From contig MU058844.1 in the NCBI GenBank assembly GCA_013265495.1, positions 7,191,260-7,255,259 of the forward strand: a stretch of 64,000 nt of DNA, written 5' to 3'. The notes beneath the pieces were generated by a model. The model had not been told where the DNA came from. It was given only the letters and a program-made list of their open reading frames with translations, and made no database searches. Below are positions 50,111 through 63,963 of the stretch, piece by piece. Positions within the stretch are counted from its first letter, which is position 1. Every line of letters begins with the position of its first letter. The DNA comes from Vicugna vicugna (lineage: Eukaryota). The position numbers and the translations under genes are program-made.

Positions 50111-53100
50111 GTCTCATGCCCTCAAAACTTAGGTGATATATTCCTAAGCTATGTATAGAACTTATTCAAATTCAAAAAATTTTCTTATGTGCCTGTCACC
50201 TATAACAAAGCAAATAGATAATTACGGAATGTCTGAGTGAAAAAAATTGTTACTTGAAAACTTATGTATTATTATAAAACTCATGTTATTTCTTCTATCT
50301 CTGGGAGAAAATACTGGGCTTACCTCCCCAACTATACCATACTTACCATTGTAACTACTAGTTATTTTGGTGAGTAATTATTGTCTATTCAGTATTCAAT
50401 GGGTTTAATAAAAATTCTTGATTCTAGTAGAATTAAATGAATTTTTAATTGTCCATCTAGATAGAAACATTTAACTAATATGACTAGTATAGCATCTAGT
50501 GTGGTGTAAAACAAGGACAACAATCCCTTCTTCTAAAACATGTTTTTAAGTTCTGTTGCTAAATTAGATATCTAAATTTGTAATCATTTTATGCACTTGG
50601 CCATGGGTTGAAATTATGCTTAAGAGAAAGCAGATGAGTATTTTTTCAAGTTCTGTTAGTAGGAGACCTCAGTGACAAAGTCTTTTGAACATTAGAGGAG
50701 TAGAAAGAAAGTCAAAACCAGCTAATTGGCATAGTAGCTCTTTTTCAATTTCAGTATGTGATAATGTTTTATAGGCTTCTTGGAAAAGTGAAAAATGATG
50801 TGCTCATGCTATGATTACACATATCTATCCTGCCCTCAGAAGAAAAGACATGAATAGCTTCTCTTAATCAGATATTATATACATTACTTTTATACTAAAA
50901 TTAATTGAAAAAATAATACATTAAATATGTAAAAATATATCGATTGAATATCTTTTTTTAGAGCATGACAAATTTATCCCCAACATCTGTCTGACACATT
51001 TATTCAACTTGTTTTTGCTTAGAGGTGGTATTTTCCCATGATGATAATATCTAATGGGAGTAAAATTCACTAGCCATCGTTAACCACATTTTGTTGTGTA
51101 GTTACTGGAAACTTTCATTGATTTGAACACACCAGCTTGATTTTGACAGTTAAAAAATCAAGTCCCCTAAAATGCTATAGCTTCAAACCACACTTTAATA
51201 ACGGTGTGTTTGAATAATATAGGAAATTTGACAAAAATCCCATTTTTTTCAGGCACCTAAAAAGCCAAAGATACTAAAGAAAGAAAGAATAATAATTCAG
51301 AACTTAGATAAATAAATATGCATATAATTATAAATGTATGCAAAAATTATAAGCTTTTCATTTTATGTAATCAATTAAACTACATTTATTTTCTTAAAAA
51401 CATTTCTTTTATGGATGGGTAACATTTATAAACTTGATTATTAATGTTGAGGTGATTTCTTTTTCTTTGCTTAATCAGAAAAGGAGCCAGAATTATTAGT
51501 CAATAGTCATATGTTCATGCACACATATTTTTATAATGTTTGTGTATCATGAAACCTTTATGGCAGGAAAGTTAAGTATCATATTATAACAAGAGCTTCA
51601 CTTGAGGTCTCATAACTCACATTGCAGTCCATTAGTCTCAGATAAAGCTTACAATAGCAGACATGATTACTTAAACAGTTCAGGAATATATGATGAAGCA
51701 TTATTCAGTCATCTAGTTTAAGTAATCATAAAGATATGCCACAATTTATTACAGTTAGATCAGCCAGTGGATCCTGAAGCACCAGCAAAATCATTTCCCT
51801 TTATATGTATACTCATCTTTATATGTGGAGTCTCATGAAAACAAGAGTTACTGAGAGGAAAACAGGCCAAAAGAAAAAAAAGAGATGACATGGATATCTG
51901 CTGCTATTCATGTCAGCTATAATTTAAGATCAGCAAAAAACAGAGTTTGACTTTCTCTTTTCCCCTATGAAGAAGTAAGATGCCAAAACTTCTTAGAAGT
52001 TGGCTTTGATTCACCTGCAGGTGCGAAGAATTGAATGTGAGTAGCCATGGTGATTGAATAAATAAAAAAATAATGTAAAAAAGTATACCTTTGAGATTTA
52101 AAATTTTATATCAGCCAAAATGTGCTGCAGTGTTTTTAAGATGTATTTTTTTATATCAGAATTAAGGATACAAAAACTTACACATGAAATTATTTGATTT
52201 TACAAAGTAATACTTTATATTTTGGGGGAAATAGTCATACAAAACTTTTTATTTTTCATCATAAAGCTATAAGCTTTTTAATGTGCTTTAAAAATTGTGT
52301 TTTCTGGGAAGCACTTAAATCCACTATCTACATTTATTTTCTAAGTAATGGCTAAGAAATGATGATAGATATTCAAATATCTGAGCTTACAGACAGTGAT
52401 TAAAATGCAATGACTGATTTTATAGGAATTGATTTTTATAACCATTTAATCATCAGGTCAGGTTTATAGAACCTCCGTTTACTACCAAATATGAACACAT
52501 CTAAATTTAAACCATTCCAGTGTTGTTTCCAGTGTAGTTAACCTCTGATTGCCAGAAAATGTAATACCTATAATAAGGATTTTCCTAAACAGTTTACATT
52601 AACATATGACTTTTCCTTCCTATCTAATTTGCTTCCAAATTTTCTCTATACCAGGGAATTGCTTATGGGATATAAACTTCTTTTATTATTGTTTACAATT
52701 AATAATTTAGATAGTAAATTTGCCAGTTATCATCAGTTCAAATAAGAGAACCCTGCCATATGCTGAGCAAATGTTTTCAAACACAAAGGAACATAAGCAA
52801 ACATAACTTTGTATAGAGGGGAATTTAGCTTTACAATTACCTCTTTTTATTCAAAAGCAATAAAAAAAAGTTCTGATAGAAGAATAATATAGACAGTAAC
52901 AGTACTTTTATTGTGTAATTGTTATTAAGTTTATTGACATTTTTATCTAAGCTGAAGTCCTTAAGACTGATGTCTGGCATCCTTTCACTTGATACTTCTG
53001 TAGCGAGGCTTTTGATTGCTAGGTTTCTCATGCTGAAACCAATGACCCTATTAGTATAAATTTAGTATACATTTTTGCCCTATTGGTATAAAATTTGCTC

Positions 53101-53759
53101 TTGCCTGTAGGGTAAGACCACACAAGATGTAGTAGACATTCCAGGCCAGATGTCTATGGAGACTAAAACACATAGCTGTTTACTTATTTCTCAGCCTTTG
53201 ATCTTCAAAGCCTGTTACATGACTGGGAACATTGAGGCTGCATAGTCCATGTTTATTACAGTGTCATCAAATCTTAAAGTCTCGTTTTGTGGCCACTTCA
53301 GCTTAACTCATTCCAAGTGTTTTCCATTTCACATGTTCTACTCTTTACCTCTTCTTCAAAGTCTTGACAAAATTCACAGATAATTAGCACTTTTGAGGGG
53401 GTCCTTTTTTCATGAACCAAGTTTTAAATCGATGGAGAATGACAGTAGCTCAGTGAACATACATGCAGGAGGTTCATTTTAAATTATGATGGGAACATTT
53501 TAAAATTGTGTTCCTTTTTTAATAATATAAATAAAACAATAGTAATTAGTGGTATGGTGTGGTGTGTAATAAAATTGGACTGGGATAAATATTAATGTTA
53601 TGAGGAAAGACTAAAAGGAGTAGAAATAAAATATAGGACATCATATTTAACGAAAATGAAGAGAAATAAGACTTAACTACATGTTAGGGTAGATGTGGTC
53701 CATTCAGTTGAAAACATTAATTTGAGAGCTTTCTCTATGATGGTCACTGATTTCATGGA

Positions 53760-54030
53760 CTACATTCATCAGTTGTTTATTGATGATCTATTATGGCCCA
53801 AGTACTGCAATAGATACATTGTGGAAAATTGTCAGTCATATTTTTTCTTGGAAGTGTTTATAGTGTACTGAAAAATAATTATCAAGGGATTATTACAATA
53901 CAGTAATAACTGCTGTATTAGAGAGTTATTATGGAAACATACAAATTACTTTTGATTAGACTAAAGGATGAGAAAAGTTTTTTAGGGTGAGATTTTTGCT
54001 TAAAATTAGTCTTAAAGGGAGAATGCTCTC
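53760..54030 (-). mobile_element. L2 3' fragment
   Basis: cattcatcagttgtttattgatgatctattatggcccaagtactgcaatagatac...ttacaatacagtaataactgctgtattagag. Confidence 0.65.
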
Positions 54031-54129
54031 AATTGAGAGAGAAACAGCTGATTCCCAATTATTTATTCTCACATAATCTACAGTGAGAACATCTTTTGTC
54101 ACCTTGCTTCCTTATCTCCCCAGGCCCTT

Positions 54130-54228
54130 AGGTTTTGTTTGTTTGTTTTTTTGTTGTTGGTTTTCTTTTTTGTTATGGGCACATTGAAGGTTTACTGTTA
54201 TGTTGTTATTGTTGTTGTTATTGTTATA
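54130..54228. repeat. T/G-rich low-complexity (TTTG)/(TTG) repeats
   Basis: ttttgtttgtttgtttttttgttgttgg...tgttgttattgttgttgttattgtt. Confidence 0.8.
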
Positions 54229-56089
54229 TTTCTCCTAAATAGTGAATGTTCCTTTGCTTAGAGTACCTTAAATTTAGGGATTGTTAAACTGAATCATTGT
54301 TCTCCTATTGGAAAGTATTGCCTCTTCAATAGTAGACATAGCCGTTTCTTAAAAATTTCTTTAAAATAAATAAAAATACTTTTACATTCTTTGTAGCCTC
54401 TAGAATACTTTAAATCAGTACAGACTGGGAGCTGTTCACCTGATGACCTCCTCCTCATCCAGTGCTACTTGTTTTAGATTGTTGCAGACAAAACCTGAAG
54501 GAGAACTCTGGTTAATGTCCAGTGTAGGAGGGTCAAACTTCACCCAAACCATAGAATTATAGATTAGTATTCCATATTTAATGGATTTCTATTAACTGTT
54601 TGTTTTTTTAAATATCTACTTGTATAAATATTTCAAATTCCTTATAGATTCTGTCAAAATGTTTTCTATTTTTTATAATTTTACTAAATTTGTTGCATAT
54701 ACAATTTACCTTTTTTATTATATATGATTATTTATTGCTATTGTTATTTTTCTTATGTTCTATTCATTATCTAAACTTTATATATAATAGCAGTACCTAT
54801 AAAATCATCAATTATTATCTAATTTTGATGTTTCCATATTTTCTGATTTTTCTAAATGGTTTAAGCTAATTTTTACCCTCTTTCCATTTTTATTACTATT
54901 CTTGCCCAGCTTGCCAGTCTATTTTGAAACACACTGAAGCAAATGCAAGTTTTACAGATCGTGCGTGTACTTGTCCCTTAATCAAGGAAGAGTTTTATAT
55001 CCCTTAATGTTTGGTTTTGGATTAGCCTTTTTAGCTTCATATTGTGATCATCCACACTTAAAAAAGCAAAGCACCATGAAATCAAAGATCCCTCCACTGA
55101 ACGAATTCTGTTAAAAATCAGTTATTTCTCAGGCAAAAAATTTTCTCTTGATACCAGATCTGTTCAGGTGGCAATCAGATAAATAGCTAAGATGTTACCT
55201 CCTGTCAATTCAAATAATTTAGTCCCTATATGAGGAAACTCATGAATAAAACTTCATGTTCTCTAACTTATGCAAACAAGGTTCTACAGATAAAACTAGA
55301 TAAATGAGTTCGCAATAATATTTGTGTAGACACAGATATTTTTGGTAGGGGATAATAGAGAAAAATACAATATAATTTTTAACTAATTTTAACTTGAAAC
55401 AAGAAAAGTATAATAAAAACCTAAGAATTCCTCTCCTGTCTATAAAAACTCTGTAGAAATTATAATAAAATATCTGTAACCAACCTAGGAAGATTCTTTT
55501 CATGGCCTGAATTCAATACACCTTCCTTGTAGTTGCCATTTCTTCATAAATTTCAGGAGGAAGTTTTTCTCTTTCTCTTTTTTCTTTTTTTTTAATAATG
55601 AGAGCTAGGGGGAATTTGCTTAGTTATAAGTTTATTCTCATGTTGTTTTAAGATTTATTCTCCAGTGCTGCATATATGCCTTATTTCTAAACAAAAAACT
55701 ATCATCACAACTTACAACACAAACAGGACTGTCATTAATCTGCCCAACTGTGTTGAAAAATAAGGATTCTTATTAGAAAAGAAAACCTATGCTGTTTCTC
55801 AATTATACATCTCTCTTAAGAAGAAATGTTTTCTACTGAGGCTGTGTTTGGATGGAGAGATAAAAGTTAAGGGAGAAATCATCACAAAAATTGCCTGACC
55901 CAACAGAGTAGTAAAAGATAGGATTCACAGGTAATATTGACGATTCATTTATTATGGTAAAAGACTGCTCTGTTGTAGGGTTTTTTTTTTTTTCTTCTAA
56001 CAATGATCACCAGCATGGTATAAGCACATAACCAGGCTTTATATTTACTCAGAGATGTGTTTTGCTTCAGAATTGTGAAAAAAAAAAAA

Positions 56090-56600
56090 AGATGTCATAT
56101 GTAGATCTGAAAGAGAACAGTAAAAAAGAATGGGGCTTGAACTTGAACTTGAAGAAAAGTAAGCTTTGACAGAAGACAGTACTGGTGAGGACCAGAAAAA
56201 GAATCTATGGGTAAAATAGCTTGAGGAATTCCAGGAGTAAAAAGTAGTCAAACTCAGAGGAATAAGCCTGAAAGAAGCAGGAGTTTTATTAAAGGAAAAG
56301 TCATTTTCTTGAAGCTGCCTCGGGGTTGAGGGTGAGATAATGTGTGGGCTAGAGGAAATGGATATTCTCAAAGGAAAGCCCACTGGAAGCCAAGGGCAGG
56401 AGGTAGAGAGTTTATCAATCATGGAATGATTGGAGTTTCAGAGGACACAGTGGGAAAATTTGAAAGAGAGAAGAAAGTGTCAATTTAAGTCACTGGAGAG
56501 GAAGCTTATAGTATTATGTGTCTATAGCTAATCAATCAAGGTTTAGATAATATTATCATTTTAGGCATGAAGTTAGGGGACTGAAATAACCCTCATGGTG
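56090..56600 (-). mobile_element. Probable decayed L2 (purine-rich antisense strand)
   Basis: G/A-rich stretch with gggcttgaacttgaacttgaagaa and ggggttgagggtgagataa. It explains the Ser/Phe-rich ORF at 56045-56422. Confidence 0.4.
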
Positions 56601-56967
56601 AGTATTATTGACCAATGAGTGGCTATATATTACATCACATTGGTCTCCAGCATCACACTACTTGCTGAGAAGCTAGTGAATGCCTTCTCCATAGGTCTGA
56701 TGGCTGTTGCGTGGACAGAGTAAGTCATCACACCGGGTGGCTGAGAGCAAATAATATAGTTCATCTGGCACTTGCTTCCTTCCCATAAAGCCCTTGAGGT
56801 GGGCACAGTGATGGGCACAGAAGCCTGGGCTGGCACTTGCAGGATTTGCAACTTGTATCACTTCTTACAAGTGTTTTTCTCTGTGTTGCTCTGCTCTAGG
56901 GCATTTTCCTTGGAATAAAATATCCAGGGCTCAAATTTTTCTTCCAAAATGTGTGAGATATAAATAG

Positions 56968-57006
56968 GTGTATATATATATACACACACACATACATATA
57001 CATATG
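56968..57006. repeat. (TA)n(CA)n microsatellite at the L1 tail
   Basis: gtgtatatatatatacacacacacatacatatacatatg. Confidence 0.9.
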
Positions 57007-57007
57007 T

Positions 57008-57233
57008 CTTTTTATTGAAGAATATATGTTGTATAAATTTTGTCAATTTCTGGTGTACAGCATAATGTTTCAGTCATATATTTACATACATATATTCCTT
57101 TTCATATTATTTTTCATTATAGGTTACTACAAGATATTGAATATAGTTCCCTGTGCTATACAGAAGAAACTTGTTGTATATCTATTTTATATGTTAGTAG
57201 TTAGTAACTGCAAATCTCGAACTCCCAATTTAT
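57008..57233 (-). mobile_element. Lineage-specific L1 3' UTR, 5'-truncated
   Basis: Reverse complement of the 11993-12230 family: tttctggtgtacagcataatg...ataggttactacaagatattgaatatagttccctgtgctataca...ctgcaaatctcgaactcccaattt. Confidence 0.92.
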
Positions 57234-58283
57234 ATATTTAAAGTATTTCAGCCAGCTGTATTCTCCACTTGAAAAGTTTGGATTTGTAAATATAAAAACG
57301 TTGTTTCTGTGGCTTTCGTCATATTATAAAGAGAACAAAAAAGAAAGAAAGTGAGTAGGGGCAAAATTGACCTCTTTTGCCTGGTTAAGCAACCAAACTC
57401 ATGTAATAAAAACTTATTTCACTAATTTAACTTTAATTAATACCAATGTATAATGCCCCACTGTTTATGTCTTTTTACAAATGCATACAGATTGTTTATA
57501 TATATGGGCTAAATTTGACAGCATTATGACCTTTGGCTTTTCTAGGTTCCAAGTGATTGACAGAATTATTTCTGAATACTGAAACCTTAGAACTAGAGAA
57601 GACATTGTAAAATCTTCTGAGATTAAATGGAAGGAGATTATTTCACCATTTGACAATATATTAAACATAGTTACATAAGGAGGACTCTGCTAGAGAATTT
57701 CTTTTGTAAACATAATTTAAAATTAATATTCCCAAGGCACAATTCTGGGAAATTTTATTAATAACAGCTATTTGTTTGATTACTTAATTGACAATTTCTC
57801 ATTGACTATTACCAATTCTAAAGTGATTTCTTCAGATTATATGGGAATTTACTTATTTAATTTCCACACTTACCACAAATATTTCCTAACCCTGTTTTAA
57901 AGTGCTAAGATCCTAAACTTAAAAAGGGCTAACCTAACTGTATGTAGCTCTTACTCTACTATTTAGCTGTGAACATTACTTTAAATGATTATCCTTTTTC
58001 TACCAGACTGTATCATTAACAGATTCAACCAGGTTTATCTCTCTCTCATATGCTTAGGGTAAAGTGAGACTTGCCAATATCTCAAATTACTGATTTAAAA
58101 GGATTTATCAAGAAGTCCTAAATAAAAGATAAGGGAGAGAACACACACACAGGATGCCTCCTTTTCTGGCTTCTCACCTCATACCTTTCCACTGTAAACA
58201 TAACATTTATTTTCTTGCTCCTATAATTCCTATGTTTAGAAGTACTCCACTACCACCAGTTACTAGAATTATTACCTGTAGTG

Positions 58284-58562
58284 CAGTGTTTTTGAAACTG
58301 CAATAATGGATTAGAGGATCATGACCCATTAGAGGGGTTGTGAAATCAATTTAGGGACCAGAGCTGAGTAGAATAGGATTGAAAATGTGAGTGCATCAAA
58401 CACAATAGGGATAAGTAATATTTCATGAAACTTTAGTTTCTGTAATTACTATGAGTGTGTGTGTATGTGTACCTATGTGGGTGTGTCTATGTGTATACTG
58501 TTTTGCAAGGTAAGCTGTATTTATAATTCTGGTGCATGTTCAATAAGCTTCTGAAAAAAATG
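58284..58562. mobile_element. Charlie18a-like hAT-Charlie element
   Basis: cagtgtttttgaaactgca...catgacccattagaggggttgtgaaatcaatttag...gagtgcatca...tttcatgaaacttt...(TG)n. Confidence 0.7.
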
Positions 58563-58649
58563 TCCTGGAAAAGAGATCCTCATCTTTCAGGACTTGATTT
58601 TCACAAAACCATGACTATGAATCTTCGGGTGCTGCCACTCACCTCTTAT

Positions 58650-58830
58650 AATTACACTATTTTACACCACATTGTAGCCTATGTCATGTTGCCTTTATTT
58701 CTAGGCTTGCATTTTTTTTCTTTTGATGGGCTGTATTAATTTGATAAAACAGACTGACTTGTTCATTCATCTCCACAACCACAATTCGAATTATCTGGTA
58801 TATTAGACACCTGGGTCATCTTTTTGAATA
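58650..58830 (+). mobile_element. Degenerate L2 3' end
   Basis: acaccacattgtag...acagactgacttgttcattcatctccaca...tatctggtatattagaca. Confidence 0.45.
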
Positions 58831-61749
58831 TTTGTATAAACCAGCATGTAATTAATTAAAGCATGTCCAATTTTAAATGAATTAGTACTTCTTTAAGTAG
58901 ATAACAATTCATATCTTAAAGCTCCAAATAAGATTCTATAGTTATAATCTAAGCTTTATTTACCTGTGAGCATAGAAAGTACCCTTCCTGGTACAGTCCT
59001 ACCAAGTGATATTCCTAAAATGAAGAGATGTTATTACTTGTTTGTAAAAAATAGTTTAGATGAAACAGTATTAATTATAATTGTCTGGAAATTTTCCAGC
59101 CCCAATTAAACTACAAAATAAAGAAAGGACTCATTTGAAATGCAGATGTAACATGTCTCTGTCACAGAGTCTGCAAACAAGATTTAGCTACCCGGAAGAA
59201 GCCTTTATAATATCATTGCTAATATCTGCTCATGTCAGGGATCTGCTGTGTTTTCTCAAGAGCTCAGATGCTAACACCAGCAAAGCCAGTTGCCTAGGTC
59301 CTACCAAACTCATTCAGCCCTTTTGAGGCCCGCTAGCAATTAGTTTTGTGAACAGAGAAATGATAATTTTTCTTCTGACATTCCTAAACAACTTCTATTT
59401 GAGCTACTTCATTAATGTTTTCCTTAATTTTATACCACAAATCATAATTAACACTTGCATAAAATACATATAAAAACAGGAGAGAAAGTCATCCTGAAAA
59501 TTCCTGCAGTTAAGTTGGATTGATTTATTGGTATTGCTGTGACTGTCTCTTTCTAACATGCCCTGATCCAAACAGTGAAATTACTCTCTAATAATATAAT
59601 TATTTTATTGTGACTAAATATATATATTTTAAAACATATACAATGTCAAGAAACAGTTTTTCCTTTTGGGTATGCTATTCACACGAAAGATGATTTTTCA
59701 AAAAATGCCAAGAGGAAAGTATGTCATAGTTTTTTAATTTGTTATATGTAATTTATAGACTTACAATTAAAGAAACAATTGAAAAAAGTGATCAATTTTT
59801 TCAAAATTATTATTTAGCTAAAGTTTTCAGACAAAATTGAGACTAAGTTTATTATGTCATTGCCTATAAATAGCCTAATAAACTTCTGTGTAACTACACA
59901 TATTGCTCAACAATTGTAAGATATTTGGTCATATTTTTTATTACTTACATGTTATTAACAGTGGTAAGTGAATACTTCTCCACTAAATGTGTATACCAAA
60001 GAATCCATAATTGGGGAAAAATGACTTAATCTTTTCAGAAAATGGCTTGACATTTAAAATTTATAGTCACAAAATTACCTATATAATTGCAAACAGTCTT
60101 TTACCAAGAGAAGATACTAGTTTCATGTGAGGTTGAATGATTCTTTTTAGAGCCCTCTTGTTCTTTTTGTCTCTTTCTCAAACTGAGATACAACTTTAAT
60201 CATTATCTCTAGCAAAATAAAATAACTTATTTTTACATTTTAGGAACTAGTAGTTCTTTTTTTTTTTTTAATTCATCCTAAGCACAAAACAACGTTATTC
60301 ATCTTTCAAACTTAGCTTTCAGCACACATGGAGAAAAAGAGTGTATGTAAAAATATGTTAATCTTCAGAAGTTAATGCATAAGTATTACAAAAAACTAGC
60401 AACTAAGACTTTCACAATTTTAACTTGGCAACTAACATTTTATTTATGCAAGTGTTTTATGATAGTTTCTATTATACTGATTCTAAAATAATCTGGAGAA
60501 CGACACTATGTTATTGTCATTAAGTTCTACTAGATCTTACGAAGAATGTCAGCAGCAAAGTATAGCCCAAATGTTTTGTTATTTCAAATATGATCAAACT
60601 TAGTAAGTTATGTCATCCCTCTCTTTCATCATTTTTGTGGCAAATAGTAATTGCCAAATGTCAGTTCTACCACAATGTTTGGCAAAATCAAAAGATGATG
60701 AATGAAATCACAGTAAGTCATTCAATAAATATAACCCAGCTGTACTTCTGAGACAAGAAAGTAATCATCTGTAAGTTACACAAAGAAAGAAATATCTATT
60801 TCTCACTGCCAGTTTTGTTAATAGAAATTCAGTTGCACTATGCATAATTATTAATTTTCTAATCCATTCTCCATACCAAGAAAGAAACTATCTTGATTAT
60901 AGAATTTATTCTTGATAAATTTGCTTGTGAAAAATGCAATCATTTCCCAATTAATAAAAATTTCAGGAATTATCTTTCTGGAAGTCTCTAAAACATTACA
61001 AAATCAAAAGAGATGAAGCTATAATTGTATAATTCCAGGATATGATGTCAATTGTGAGGACACAAATAATTAGATCAGTTCCAGAGCCTGTGGTCAAGCC
61101 ATAGATCTGCTGTATTTATGTGATGTATTTATAAGGCCATTCTTGATATTTTCTAATATTAGCAAGAAAATATAATAAAAAATAAGTATCTGTTGCTAAA
61201 GTTGCTAATCAGAGGCAATTAGTAAATGAATGTGATAATAATTAATTATCAAAATTATGCATAGTATTTCCAGCACTCACCACTCTAGACATTGATAAGA
61301 TCCACACACTAGGATCCAACTTTTCCTCTGGTGACGTTTGAGATGGCTGCTGCTTCATCACCAGGTTGAGTCCCTGACCTACCAATAGGAGCAGAAATCC
61401 CCTGCCTACTTGCCAAGAAGAGATGGTATGAGCAAGTAGGAACTATTATTAGATCATATTTTGAAGTTCTTATAGCACCATAATTTTGCCTTTCCTGACT
61501 GATACAATGGCAGAAACAATACCTGTGAACTTAGCATTTTACTCCAAAGCTCTCTTTTTCTTCAATATTCCATTCTGTCATAGAGTATGTGTAGGAATCC
61601 TTAGCAGATCATGAAATCAACAGAGTATATCATATCCAGTAATTTAAAAATAATAATAATAATAGAAAAAACAGCATAAATAAGTGATAAATTCATCTGA
61701 ACACACACACTATATATTTATATATACACATATATATATATGAAGGAAA

Positions 61750-62388
61750 TAATAAAATGCCTTTAGGCATCAGAAAAACATGAACTAGAACCACAGAGAT
61801 ACCATTGCGTGCCCTCTAGAATATCTAAAATTTAAAAGCAAACAACCTACCAATACTAAATGTTGGAATGAAGTTATTACCTAGATAGCCCTTAAGTATT
61901 TACCCAATAAAAATTAAAATATGTTTCCATATGAAATCTTACACATGAAGGTTTAAAGTAGCACAGTTCATAATATTAAAAAAGCTGAAAATAACCCAGG
62001 TGTTAAATAGACTAGCTAAACTGGTCTGTGTATACAGTGGGATACTATTCAGTACTAAAAAAGGACAAATGAGTGAGACATGCAACAATTTGGATGACCT
62101 CAAAAATATTATGCTGAAAGAAGCCAAATACAAAAATGTGCATATTGCATGATGCCATTTATGTGACATTCTAAAAAATGACAGAATTAATTTATAGTAT
62201 ATAAATCAGATAATTGTCTGTAATTGGGGATAGAGATGAGTAACTGTAAAACATCAGAAGGGATAACAGAAATGTTCTTTGAGATGGTGCTTACATGGGT
62301 ACATACACATTTCTCAAAACTCTTCATACTTTACATTTACAATGAGTGCATTTTATTGCATATAATTATACCTCAATTAAGTTAATAC
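61750..62388 (+). mobile_element. Old L1 (L1ME/MB-like) 3' fragment
   Basis: accacagagataccattg...gggatactattcagtactaaaaaagga...ggatgacctcaaaaatattatgctg...gcattttattgcatataattatacctcaat. Confidence 0.85.
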
Positions 62389-62459
62389 AGTTTCAAGATA
62401 CAACAAAATATATTGGTTGATATTCAGAAAATAATGTTCATAATGACATAACATCTAAA

Positions 62460-63518
62460 TTTTTTATTGAAGTATAGTTGATTTACAATATTGTGTTAGT
62501 ATCTGGTGTATAGAATAGTGATTCAGATATATATTATTTTTCATATTCTTTTTTCATTATGGATTATTATAAGCTATTGAATATAGTTCCATGTGCTATA
62601 CAATATGATCTTGTTGTTTATATATTCTGTATATAGTAGTTTGTATCTGCTAATCCCAAACTCCTAATTTATCCCTCCTCCCCTTTTCCCCTTTGGTAAC
62701 CATAAATTGTTTCTCTATTTCTGTGAATGTTTTTGTTCTGTAAATAAATTAATTTGTATCATTGTTTTAGATTCCACATATAAGTGATACCACATATTTG
62801 TCTGACTTACTTCACTTAGTATGGTAATCTCTAGGTCTATCTATGTTGCTGCAAATGTCATGATTTCATTCTTTTTTTATGGCTGAGTAGTATTCCATTG
62901 TGTGTGTATTATATATGTAGTATTATATATATGCTACAGTAGTATTATATAGTATATAATATATAGTATAGTAGTATTCTATATATACTACATATATATA
63001 ATAAGATGTGAAATCTTATTATATCTTCACATTTTCTTTATTCGGTCATCTGTCAGTGGACATTTAGGTTGCTTTCATATCTTGGCTACTGTAAATAGCG
63101 CTGCTATGAACATTGGGATGCACATATCTTTTTGAACTGGAATTTTCTCCAAATATATGCCCAGGAGTGGGATTGCAGGATCATATGGTAAGTCTATTTT
63201 TAGTTTTTTGAAGAATCTCCATACTGTTTTCCATAGTGGCTACACCAAATTACATTCCCACCAGCAGTGTAGGAGGATTCCTTTTTCTCCACACCTTCTC
63301 CAGCATTTATTGTTTCCACAAATGTTTTTTTAATGATGACCATTCTGACTGATGTGAGGTGGTAGTAGTTTTGATTTTAATTTCTCTGATAATTGGTGAT
63401 ACCGAGCACTTTTTCATGTGCCTATTGGCCATCTGGATGTCTTCACTATAGAGTGTTTGTTTAGGTCTTCTGCTCATTTTTTGATTGGGTTACTTGTTGT
63501 TATTGAGTTGTATGAGCT
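62460..63518 (-). mobile_element. Lineage-specific L1 3' ~1 kb (ORF2 end plus 3'UTR) with target-site duplication
   Basis: tttttattgaagtatagttgatttaca...ccctttggtaaccataa...ggacatttaggttgctttcatatcttggct...gatgtgaggtggta. Flanked by ataacatctaaa (62448-62459) and ataaaatctaaa (63519-63530). Confidence 0.95.
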
Positions 63519-63537
63519 ATAAAATCTAAAATATTTA

Positions 63538-63963
63538 TGTGGCAGAAATGTCAGTCTTTTCATGTGGTTTTTCTTCATTTGAGCATGTAACTAGACCGTA
63601 TTTCTCATCATTTAGTTAGGCATGGCTGTGTGAATGAATTCTAGCTTTTGGAGTGCTGGACTGTGAAAGCACTGATGTTTACCATTTCCAGGCCTGGTTT
63701 CTGAAAAGGACCTCTATGTGAGATCCTCTAGAGCCTTCTTCTTTGGACAACTGAATGAAAATACTCTAGCAATTTTGAAAGATATGTTTTGAAGATGGCA
63801 GAGTCTTTATAAGCCCAAGTCCCTGAATAATTGTATAGGAGCTGCACTCATATTACCATTTCATATATACACTAACAAACAGCTTGACTGTTTATATGAA
63901 TAAATGTAATAAATTGCCATTTTTAGAGTGTTTCTGGTATACCAGTCAAACTACTTTAATAGT
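63538..63963 (+). mobile_element. MaLR LTR (MLT1J-like)
   Basis: tgtggcag start, gttaggcatggctgtgtgaatgaattctag, accatttccaggcctgg, gaagatggcagag...gtccctgaataa. Confidence 0.7.

Noticed and set aside
56045..56422. 125-aa Ser/Phe-rich ORF
   Set aside because: It results from purine/pyrimidine strand bias in a probable decayed L2 and runs through an A-tract.
56651..56719. Possible plus-strand exon (cag|...aga|gtaagt; ITLLAEKLVNAFSIGLMAVAWT)
   Set aside because: The acceptor pyrimidine tract is weak, the peptide is unrecognised, and I found no partner exons.
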